Shown: one piece after another, positions 32,306-43,500 of the stretch | Layout of the letters: each line of letters opens with the position of its first letter | Numbering within the stretch: the first letter of the stretch is position 1 | Origin: Tubiluchus corallicola | Lineage: Eukaryota; Animalia; Priapulida | DNA: 64,000 bases | Assembly (NCBI GenBank): GCA_030141605.1 | Contig: JAQGDQ010000042.1 | Location: 806,001-870,000 of the forward strand | Direction of reading: 5' to 3' | The notes under the pieces: model-generated | What the model was told of the DNA's origin: nothing | The model's database searches: none | Seen by the model: only the letters and a program-made list of their open reading frames with translations | Position numbers and translations under genes: made by a program

Positions 32306-33507
32306 AGCAAAATCTTAATTATGTAAAATTTGTTAATTTATTGCCTCGTGGCAAAAAATTGTAAGTGCGAATGCAATTTCACGAAGACTTGTACTTCGTG
32401 AAATTTCACGACAATTTTAACGCCGCGGACTGTTGCAGATGTAAAACACAACATTATGTTGTATTGTATTTTATTGTATTGTACTGTATTAATAAATTAA
32501 CTTATTATTATTGTAAAAGTCTTGGTAATTCGTAGGATACCGTGTAATACAGCACATATATTACCCCAGCTCTAGAGGGCATAATAATATAGATGTAAAG
32601 GCTCTGTAACATAATATGATAATGATGTTGTTACTCTTGGGTATCTCTGCTTTGTGACATTTGGTTGCACTGTTGCCAATGTTTTTTATGTACAATCTGT
32701 AAATATGTAAAATATATTATGTCGGCATTGCAAATAATTATTTCTCTTTTTATAGCAATTTAGAACACACGATACTTACTCGTTGCTTTTTTAGATGTAA
32801 CTTAATGCAGTGTGTTTCGGAAAGTCACTGTGCGCTTTTCTCATCATGTTTTTTTTATATTTCGGCTTTCGATCCCAATGTGCCTTTGATCCACACAAAA
32901 TAAGAAGGCCCCAAGCCCGTATTGATCTAACGTTCTGCTAATGTGGCAGTAGCCCTACTGGAGCTGGTTATCTAAACATTGACGCTTCTATTATAAGTAT
33001 TCTAGCAGGGAATTAAAATCGAGTGTGGTTAGCGAACATTCAAGATTCACGATGCACAATTTTAGCGGAAATGGCGGATTTAAGAGAATCCATATAATGA
33101 TTTTCTTTTGTTATTGTCATTGTTTATGCTAGGCACCGAATTTTCTCGTTCAACCACTTTTAATTCGTGTTAATTAGTAAACACAGTAGGATAGGATCAC
33201 GAAACTTGCACGGTAGACACTTGGGTAGTGCACAGACAATTGTTTCTTGAACGATGACCTTGAGGATGACCGGTTAAAGACATCGGTCAATTTGAGTGGT
33301 GCCAGCTCTGGGCTACTATTAATGCTACTGATCCACCAATGATCAATGTTGCGCGCACTTACCACATAGGGTCTGCTCACATGTGCATCTAACCATGCTT
33401 TAATCTCATGCGCGTCTACGCATTGTGAGGGGGCGAAATAAATAAAACTACATAATGGAGCTGAGACAGTCATATTCCTCCTGGTATTCTGCACATCAAC
33501 AATCATT

Positions 33508-36500
33508 ATGCACAGAAGTGGCTTCTTAACGTTTACCTCAGTGATTGTGATAGTTCTCGCTATTTCAAGGAAGCCTGCTACTGGAAACCGTTTCCGACAC
33601 ACACTTCTTCCAGTTCTGTTTTCCAACAACAGGAATGTAACAGCGTTGACAATCCGCCGACCACAGATGTCAATCCAAAGTCGATGGTGGTCCAAAAACC
33701 AGCAGTTACCGTTTCCTCGTTATTATAATAAGAGGTCAAAGTTGCAGTCAGTTTTCACAGGTAAATAATTACTACGTTTTCGCAGGTAAATTAATATATA
33801 TATTAAAATGTATTTTTTATTAAATTGCCAGACGCATATTGTTCTTTTTATTTCACGTCAGTAAATTTGTATAATTTGTGTAAAAGAAACTTAATTTCCT
33901 TAATTAAAAGAATCGATTTCTATTTTCCATTTTCTATTGAATGGATTATGCACTATCCATAAAACTATCAGCGTAGTAAGCGAAACCCTTTTCAGCAGAA
34001 ACCATTTCTCTCGTAGTCATTACTATCCTTTTTTTAACTGCAGAATTTGCGTGGAATTTGGTAATGAATCTCGGATAATTATAACACCGTGTATACACAA
34101 GTAAAGCTTTGTACAGGTCAGTATTAGATTGTACCGTTTTTTTTATCGAAATCAAAATGTAACTTGTTTCTGTAGTAGGCTGCAGTCATTTTTTATTAAG
34201 CATTTTCAGTACTAGCATTTCAAGTTTTTAAATCAAAATTCTCACTTTGCAATGACAAAACTGTGTTTCAATATCGTCCACATAAGCGTAAGACAACAAA
34301 TTCACCTACTGAGAATACGCAAAACATTGTACAACATGAATTACAATTCTGTAATTATTGTAATCTTAATATTCTGCTTATTCTAATCTGTGCTCCTCGC
34401 GAATTTTGGTGTACTGGAGGGAATTAAAGTCAAACTAAGCCCTCGCTATAATATGAGCTTTTACAACAAAATCCTACTCTCATAACGAATATTCAAATTA
34501 TTTTATTATAAACTTATTGTAAAACTTGTTTCTTTTGATTTTTCATCACTTCGTTGTTAGCGGTATTAAATTTGAAGAACCACCATTTTACGTTGCGTGA
34601 GACGAGTGACGTTATGAGTGCAGTTACGAGATCACCAAATATCGGCAAACAAACATTGGTAACTAAAGACGCTTTCTGTACCTCGTACGGCATTCTCGCT
34701 CACTCACGCCAAAGACGCGAATCATGGCGATCTTTTCGGCAATGCACGCGTTCGAAATTCGACAGAAAAAAGAAAGTTATTTAATTAATTTATAAGTCTC
34801 TTTTTGTTTAATAATAACTATAAATTTTTTGTGTAATCATAATAATGCGTTAAAGAAACGTTAATGTCTGTTGAGGTTATTTCGGCCTTTAAAGTTTCCA
34901 TTAGCCTTAGGTCTTCTTTAGCAGCTGAAGCCTATTACAGCCAAAAGGTGTTCCCCATAATTACTCGGCTTTATGTTATTTTTACTATTACTGTTGTATC
35001 ATGCAGGCTCCACAAAAATTTTCATTTGGATTAGCGTATTATTCCAATTCGCAGCTTTTGTTTATGTTTTTTTCTGTTAAGCAAATATTATTAATTTTGT
35101 TTTTTTTTGTTTCAGGTCAACTAAATTATCGGTCAGAAGGTGTTGTAACTTTTTTAGTTATAACAAAGTTAAGGATTGAAATAACATCCCCTTTAACGCG
35201 ATTGTGTTGTTTCAGTAAATTATTAAAACTTCAGAAGATATTCAGGCCATGATTTTTCAAATCCCTTTATGATAAATCATAAAAGTGCACTTGTGACCAG
35301 GTTATTAAGACAAGTAGAATAATGTTAACTGTGTAATCGCGAGTTCGACGTTGTGTGTGGTCGACGAACTTATTGTACAGATACTAACATTAAAGTTAAA
35401 GTGCAAATAGTGAAAGCACGACATAACACAGTTTAAAAATAACCTATTTTGAACGTCATGTAGTTAGCTGACAAGCTGACAGTAAAATGGTAAAGCAATA
35501 AGACACATCTTGCTTGTCGTTGTCGTTGAAGTCATTGTCATCGTCACTCTGACGTTGCCTTGTTGTGCTTCATTTTTCTGTTCTGTGTTAGAATGGCCAG
35601 TGTACGTACTTAGGTAGGAATATTAAGAGCGTGCGTCTGCTAACATGATTAAGAATCTCACAATGACCCAGCAGATAATTTAAATCTATTATAAAATTAA
35701 TACACTATGTTATTTTTCATACAGCAGGCTTAATGCTACGTTAATAATGCAGTGACAGTGTTTACTAACTAAGACAACAGTAAGACATTTAAGATGTACG
35801 GCTTATTTTGTCCTGTTCTTTATAAATACGCTGTGCAGCTCATAAAAAAATAAAAAATTGTGTGATGCTCATCGATATCATATGCATTTCATTACTGATT
35901 CAGTCATTTTTGGGTATAATTGTAATAAGCTTATATTATTCAGTATCATACTTGTAGAAGTACTATTGCCGTATTTGTAACGAAAAAGAAAGAAAGTAAA
36001 CAGCAAAACATTTGGCATTGCAATTAAAAAATTGCCGGTCCTTATCAGTCTGTTTTCACATTTTCCGAACTCGCAGTGTAACATAACTTGTCCCAAAGTG
36101 CGAAGCACTCGAGTTATTCGACGCTTGGCAAAGTTTCAGCTTCTTAGCTGCTCTGCAAGTCAAACTACGGCCCTTTTTCAAACTCCACCATTTTCATCTC
36201 AAATTGAGCCATAGCCAAGTCAAAATAACGTAATCCAGTCCAACCCAATCTAATTCAATGTGGTCGTAGTTAGGTACACATGAACCGTTGGTATTGTAAC
36301 CTAAATTTTTTAACTTTGTCATGCAGGCTTGTTTCTGAGGCTTCAAGACAATTCAGTGGTTTCTTTCCTATTGCTAGCCACAAGAGTATAACTGGCATCA
36401 AAATTCAATTTGGAACCGATTACAGCCCCAAATTTCAGCTGCATATGCGCGTATTACCTAATAAGGCGGTGTTAGGTAATAGTATATGCAGCAACTTTTC

Positions 36501-36689
36501 TGTTCACATTATGACTATGATAGTGCATTATTAATACACATGAAAGTAATAGGTCCATTAAGATTTACGAAACTGTCAAGTTGTGAAACTTATTTAGCGT
36601 AACTCTGAATAATTATCGTGCAACTTGCTCACCTTTATTTCCCAGGAGATGGTGTAGGAGGAAAGGACTTTCAGAATGAAATGTGTTAA
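33508..36689 (+). CDS. Candidate orphan secreted protein (~163 aa) with two microexons
   Basis: Exons 33508-33760, 35116-35139, 35592-35613, 36327-36475, 36646-36689 have compatible phases (1,1,2,1) and GT-AG sites. The N-terminus MHRSGFLTFTSVIVIVLAISRKPATG is signal-peptide-like. No homology recognised. Confidence 0.35.
34424..34892. mobile_element. Non-autonomous DNA element family C, copy 1 (TTAA-bounded, Kolobok-like)
   Basis: Collinear with 52789-53239; ends ttaaagtcaaactaagccctc / gaggttatttcggcctttaa. Confidence 0.8.
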
Positions 36690-36947
36690 TGTGTCAATTT
36701 ATTAACTGCATTTACGAAAAATTGAAAACTTTTGAAAGAAGTTGAAGTTTGTAGAGCCAGTTAAAGACGCAAACACTTCTGATGTGCATAATCTGCTTCA
36801 TTTTAAAAAGGAAAACTTAAGGATTAGTAAGCATTGGCATTCTTGATCAAAGCTAAGAAGATAAAGAGAAGCGGAAAAACTTTGTACGTCGACGTACTTT
36901 TTAACAGAATTATCATTAGTTTTAATTTCATTAATTGCAGAAAGAAA

Positions 36948-37520
36948 ACTAGTTGACAATGTTTCTGAGGTAGTCAGACACTGGAGATTTTGCAACAGTA
37001 GTTATTAAATTGAGCCTTAAAAATGAAGAGTTTTTCTTGAAAGTGCTTTCTTTCTTTTATTGAATTCACCTTGCCTGAATACATCGAAAGTGCATTTCAC
37101 AATGAAACCTTAGCATTTAACTGTTCAGCCCATCACCCACAGGTCAAAGGTTAAACAATCTTGGCATAACTTATATCATTCAGTTTGTCTCATCGAGACC
37201 TTTCGCTTGATGTGCTACAAGCTAGTTCCGGTCGACACTGGAAGGCATTTGCCACCCCGATCACTATTTTTCCCTCTAGCGGGGTCACTTGTTAGCTATT
37301 CTCATTGTAACCTATGCCATTTGATCCGCCTCATCGAGACCTTTTGTTTGATGTGCTACAAGGTGCCATTGTCAACACTTGGTGCACTTCTGTTCCCGAC
37401 CCCCATTTTTCGGTTTTTGTCCTCAAGAGGAAAATTTTGTTACACGCGCACGTCCAATATTTTGTGATGCGCAAGGCCACGACACCACCTAGCAACATAC
37501 TAAATATTGTGGCTCCAGCT
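36948..37520. mobile_element. Interspersed repeat family B, copy 2 (two internal units)
   Basis: Direct-orientation homologue of 31573-32305. Confidence 0.8.
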
Positions 37521-38724
37521 CAAAAACTATGGGAGCAGACGGATAATAAAGAAAAATAAGTGAAGACTCGCCGGCTCCTTGACCATTGATCCGGCAACTC
37601 CGACCCACATGTATAGATAGACAACTTTGCCCGGAGTTTTGTGTCCCTAGCTCTCAGCATGCACCTACAGTGCCCAAATAGTTGTGAAAAAAAATTGGAA
37701 AAAAACCGAAAGCCCTAGACTGACATGCGACCTAAAGGAAGAACTGACCGACGTCCACTGCCCTTCCCCCTTGTCCAGTGGTCAGTGGTCACCACACTGT
37801 TGTTCGTGACCCGTCCAGGGCTACCAACCCTGTGAGTTTGGTGATCCTAGCTTGCAAGGGTTTCGAATTAAAAGGCGTTAAAGTTGCGGGGAAGAAATAA
37901 GTAATAATAACTCAATAAAAAAACAGTAAGATTTTGCTGATATATATATTTACTGTATTTACAAAGACGTTGTTTTAATAAGAAGCTTTATTGTTATTAT
38001 ATTAGTGAGAAGAAAAAAATCGAAGACAAAGACCACATCAAACAAAATTTGAATCTGTTACAGTAAAGATATATTTAGTGGAAATTAGAGATGATGTATG
38101 TTTTTATAAGAGAAGCATACATAAACGCGTCTAAGAACTGTATGAATTAATGTTATTCATTTGTTTTCGTCCTGGTTTGCGTAGCTGAATAACCCGCTGG
38201 GATGTTACGCTATTAATGCTAAATAAAACAAATTACTTTGCAAGTTACATTATTATTAGAACAAGAAATATGCTGTAAAATGAATCCGCGCACGCCCACT
38301 ACTTATTTTGTATAGAACACAAGAATAATTTTTGTGCAACTTCATGAAACAATAATTCTTGGCGAGGTGACAGGTGAGAAATATTTCGCTTTCATAAAGT
38401 CGTTTGGTCGACGAAATAATGTTCTTTTAGTATCTATATGCGATTTTCCTAGTTTGAAGAGAGACGGCAATAAGCCCTTTCGCAGTTCCAGCGATTGATG
38501 ATGATCGTAAAAACTTGAAAAGGTCGAAGGTTAAGTAAAGTTATCTGAACCAACCAACATATTTGTTTACACTTGACAATCCCTGGGGGCCCTTGCAGTT
38601 GTAAGAGCAATAGTTTTTAGTGTTAATTTTTGTTTCAGTTAGGCCTATTTCATTTTACGTGGATTACTGCAGCTATTGTGCCACCTGTTTTCGGATTAAA
38701 ATCACTTGCTAGTTTAAAACTATA

Positions 38725-38857
38725 CACGTGTAGTAAAAAAAATAACCACGTGTTTCACCTACATGTAGGCACGCGCATAAGGTCACGTGACGGTTGTAGT
38801 TACTAAGACGCGTTGGGTTCACTTAACCTTTGACCTTTCTGTAACTGCGCGTGCGCA
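38725..38857. promoter_or_regulatory. Dense TF-motif cluster (E-boxes, CLEAR-type GTCACGTGAC, DR1, NRF1-like)
   Basis: CACGTG at 38725 and 38747; GTCACGTGAC 38782-38791; TAACCT-T-TGACCT 38824-38836; TGCGCGTGCGCA 38846-38857. Confidence 0.4.
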
Positions 38858-39149
38858 TAGTGAAACAGTGACTAGGCTTATTGCGTTCAGTGAGAATGAG
38901 AGTTACACTGTACATTGTGTGCTTGAAAATAGGCACTTTTGAACTATAAAAAGTTTGAGAATTCTTTTAGTCAGTTTAGATGAACACTTGAAAAGATTAC
39001 GGTGATAAGCTATTACATGTTCACTGAGGCACCTCAACTGATGATTAATTCATGCGATTCCAGCATTAGCAAATTATCAAGTTAAATGTTTGCACAGCAA
39101 TCTCTAATTGTATTATGTCAAGTTTATAAGCAATCTTAGTCTTGTCCCA

Positions 39150-39620
39150 CAAACTCGCTTCCTGGCGTCCGCTCACTGATGACCTCTTCGTGACCTGATG
39201 TCCAGTTACGTAAGTCTTAGTGTGATCTTATATCTAATAGTTTCTGGAGCCTGACTTCTAGTCGCAGTTGCCTTTGCGTAACCTAATGGCCAGTGTCATC
39301 TTTTTCACGATGTCCGGCCGCATGTTTGCATGACCTTATGTGTGATGTCCAGTCATTTGACATTTGCGTGATCTTTTGTTTTGTAGCATTTCCAGCATGA
39401 CATCCAATTTGTGTGACATAAGGTCAAAACAATATCTCCAACCTGATGTCCAGCTGCATTGATCTTCGCGTGATCTTATGATCTCATCTCTAACAGTGTT
39501 TTCAGCCTAATGTCCAGTTGTAGTTGACCTTTGAGTGACATTATGCCTCATGTGATCTGATCGCACATCTTATCGCATCGACCTTTTTATGTGACTCCGT
39601 TCTGATCTGATAGTGGCTTG
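39150..39620. repeat. Degenerate tandem repeat (tgatgtccagt...gacct...gtgatcttat units)
   Basis: The motif recurs several times with irregular spacing. Confidence 0.55.
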
Positions 39621-39684
39621 ACATTTGGTTTTATTGACAATGCGACGAACTCTGATTCGAAGTGTTATTCATTCGCTACCGCGG

Positions 39685-39765
39685 CTGGGTCATACCAAAA
39701 GATTTTAAAAATGGTACCTGCTGCTGCCATATCTGACGCGTGGTTTTTGGGGTAAAGGCTAATAA
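39685..39765 (+). mobile_element. SINE remnant resembling the MetaSINE central domain
   Basis: gggtcataccaaaagattttaaaaatggtacctgctgct matches my recollection of the Meta-domain consensus (GGTCATACCAAAGACTTTAAAAATGGTAC); not database-checked. Confidence 0.5.
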
Positions 39766-39904
39766 TAATCTCCGTTATACAGGCGTGGCTATTTGTTTAG
39801 AGTCGGCGTTACAAGTCATCTGCATTGTCTGTTGAATTGAAAGCCAACTTTAAATACAGGTTAATAATGTTATTGTTGTTGTTGTACGTCGTTGTCGTCT
39901 TCTT

Positions 39905-40005
39905 GTTCTCCTTCTCCTCCTCCTCCTCCTCCTCCTCCTCCTCCTCCTCCTCCTCCTCCTCCTCCTCCTTCTTCTTCTTATTATTATTATCATTATTATT
40001 ATTAT
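39905..40005. repeat. (TCC)n/(TTA)n microsatellite
   Basis: Directly visible. Confidence 0.9.
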
Positions 40006-40564
40006 ATTAAACTATAATAAAAATCAGATATAACAAAGATAAAGTGTATTTTTAAGTAAAAGGCAGTTCCGTTAATTATAGAATTGGGTAAAACCAGGTA
40101 GAAAAGAGCAATGAAGCTGAAACTAGCCATTGGTGATCTATCAATTCTCTTCAAAAACAATGGCAGCAAGTTAAACCCGTTAACAACTTTCATAACAGGT
40201 ACAAAAACTAAATTCACATGCAATCTGGTACTTTGGTTTTGCCGTTCTTGTGGAGTGATAACACTTTTACTTCAAACTGGGTTATATGCTACACAAAATT
40301 CTCTCAATTTCATTGGAGAAATGAAAGGTATTCTGAGTTATAGTTGGCTATTGGCTATTTAGTTTTACTTTTAGCTGTCGTAAAGCAAGAAGACCATCGA
40401 AGGGCATTTAACAGCAATTTAATTAGGTTGGCTGCACTTTGAAAACTCAGGGTTCATAACTCCAATATCGAGTCGTATTTGCTTGGCATCTCCATGTTGA
40501 ATTTCTTATCTTTCTTTCTTCATGCTGTTGAAAATCGATAGTCTCGAATAAACACACATGTAAT

Positions 40565-43500
40565 TCAAAGGTGAACTATTATATAATTTTCTGAGAGTAA
40601 AGCAGACCCATAATTAGTAACATTTTTCTTTACGGGCAGTTCTACTTTGTCATCTGTGGTGGCATTATCTGTCACAGTATGGTTAGCTGCTGTACTGTTT
40701 TGATCATGATTAGCATCACCATCTTTCAAGTTGCTAATGGCGAAGCTGTAATTATCATATGCGGTTACGGTGGTTTGCTGGCCGGTTCGTTTCTCGAAGG
40801 TTTTAAACGTTACATTCACGTCCATACCGTTCGTTTCTGGTAGATTGAGAAAGATGTAGATGAGCAGTAGCAAGGAGGCACATGCGTACACGGTAAATGT
40901 ATATTGTTCAATAGCGTTGTACAGAGGTAAGTAGGTTGCACCAATTACAGAATTAGTTGCCCATGTTGCTACTACTGCAGTAATACCAACGGCCGCAGCT
41001 CTCGAATTTTCTGGAAACAACTCCGGTGTTATGAGCCACCGAACAGTTCCTAAAATACAATTAACAATTTTTTCATGCGATAATTTTTGGTTTTAATTAT
41101 TGAACCACAGTGACAGAGTCAGATATTATTCATCAGCATACAGATATATCATAACAACTTAACTGGATAGAGAGACGAATTTAAACGTAAAGAAGATAAT
41201 GTGCCCATTAAGCCTCAAAAATTTTTATTTTTCACAAGGGCTGCCGTTCTTCGCGGACGTCGCCAGCTGAAATTTACCTGTATGGCCTAGAGCTTGAAAG
41301 ACGTCTTTGGTTTTTCAAGATCTAGGCCATATAAGTAGATTTCAATTTCAAGATTTAGGATATACAAGTAGATTTCAGTTGACGAAATCTGCGAAACACG
41401 AAAGGTCCTGGTGAAAAATAAAAATTTTGGAGACTTAATGGACACTTTGTTTTCTTTACGATTATGACCAAGACAAGTCTCAAAAGAGCACTATCTTATT
41501 TTCGAAAGATGAATTTTTTGATGCGAATACAGGTAAGCTATAGCTACACTTACCTGGTCCAAAAGAAGCAAAAGACGAGTAAAGAATAGTAATGGCAACA
41601 CTCAGGAAGGCAACCCAGTCATCATTCTGTAATAATGTAAGGAAATATATTTTGGTTAAAATCAGCTGTCCATTTAACATCAAAATCCAAATGTGGAGCT
41701 CTAACGGATGCGTAAATGCAGAATAAATGTCTCTGCAGGCATTCTAATTCGTCAAAAGAGTCACTCAGAGCCTTTACTGCGGCTCTGTCCTTTTGAAAGG
41801 TCTGGTCGTTTATTTGTTGTAGTAAGTTTTTACACCTGTTTCTTACACTTACATTATACGTTAACGAAACTGTGAGTCCTGCTGCTAGCGCACATTGTCC
41901 AGCGGTACCGATTAGTACTGTGGGTCTTCTACCAATCCTGTCCAGAAGGTTTAAAGCCAGAAACACAGCCAACGTGTTGAGTCCACCAACACCCAGTGTG
42001 AGATAGGTGGACTGATCCACACTTAATCCAGCGCTTCGAAATATATTAGTGGAAAAATAAGCTAGCTGTAAAAAAAATTAACTTTTAATAAGAGATGTTA
42101 GTGGTTCCACGATCCTTGTTAATAAAGTGAGTATGAATATGAATGTAAAAATTATTCTTCGACATTTAGTTTAAAGGGTAAACTGTGTAGTTTTCAATAC
42201 AATATTATGCAAGTCAGAGTAAATCAAGAACAAAGATATAGTACAATGCAATTACAACCATCATGTCAATCTACACCGTACCCTATTGCATCGTATATCT
42301 TATGACATTCTACTGCTTTACGTGCGTTGCAGTGCAGAGTAGTGTCATACAGTGTGATGTAAGCCTAATGCAATTCTGCACGACCTGAAATGGTGCAATG
42401 CGATGCTAAACTATGATATAATACCAAGTAATTCTTAATTCTAATGCATTTGTCAATAAGAAAACATGTACGAGATAGAATAATGAATATCTTACAGATG
42501 GAAAGCCACCTATCTGCAGTGCCAGACCTACAGCACAGGCTGCTCCAAGTGCCCTCAAATGCGGTGGTGATTTAAGCAGTTCCCAGAAGCGAGCCTAAAA
42601 TATTAAATTTCATATAGCCAACGAGAAAAATAATTTACTGTAAGAGTATCAACAATAAATTCGGTGTAATATTGAATTGATACTGATTGTCTAATAGAAT
42701 ATAATGGCACACATTTTCGTAGGAGAATTCTGATTTTTAAGGGAGGCTGAACTACATCACTTGGGGAGACTGCCTTATTAGGGACACTAGAAAACAATAA
42801 GTTGACATCTTTGTTGCAAGTAGCTCGTAATAAGTGACTGCAGATTCAGCATTTAGCGTTTGGCAATTTATTATTACTGCATACATTATTATAATAGAAA
42901 AAAGGATGAGACCGACTGTGAATATGAAACTTAACCAGTATTGTAATAATGGCTACTTTAAACTAATTTACCTTGTGCTTTCCTTCAGCCAGCTGAGCTT
43001 CAGTCTGCAAGAGTTTAAACTCCTCTTTTACATCTGCAGATTGTCTCATAAACTTTAAAGCTGCAAAATACGAGAATTTTAATTATTTGAAAATGTTATT
43101 GTGAACTCGATGATACAGATTTAGTGGTTCCTTTTTCATGAAAACAATTCAATTTGTCACACATTTGTCTTACGTCCTTCATGCCAGCGGAATAGGTGCT
43201 GAGATATAAGAGCCGTTGTATCTGGTAAATCGATGAGGTCATTCCTTAGCGACGGTTTACACCTTGTCAAGGTCAGTTTCTGGTCTTAACATGTAGGTGG
43301 CAGCACACAGGTAAACTTACCTGTAATTTTACAAGCAACCTGTGAACTTGTAAATTAGATCGAGCCTCAGTAAACACGCTTTCAGAAACTTCAGTAAACG
43401 TTTGGTAAATTATTAAGTTCTTATTCTTAATGCTTTATGTATAATTTATAATTTACATAGCCGCGCTATGTAACTAATTTGTGTTTTCTTTATTTTGATC

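Noticed and set aside
33174-33695. 173-aa minus-strand ORF
   Set aside because: TTG start, no domain; its 3' third overlaps repeat-like sequence (caaggtca...caagtttcgtgatcct) and the rest is antisense to the better + strand candidate exon.
35116-36395. FGF-like reading QLNYRSEGLFLRLQDNSV if 35139 is spliced directly to 36327
   Set aside because: That frame stops after ~20 codons and no further FGF core strands are found.
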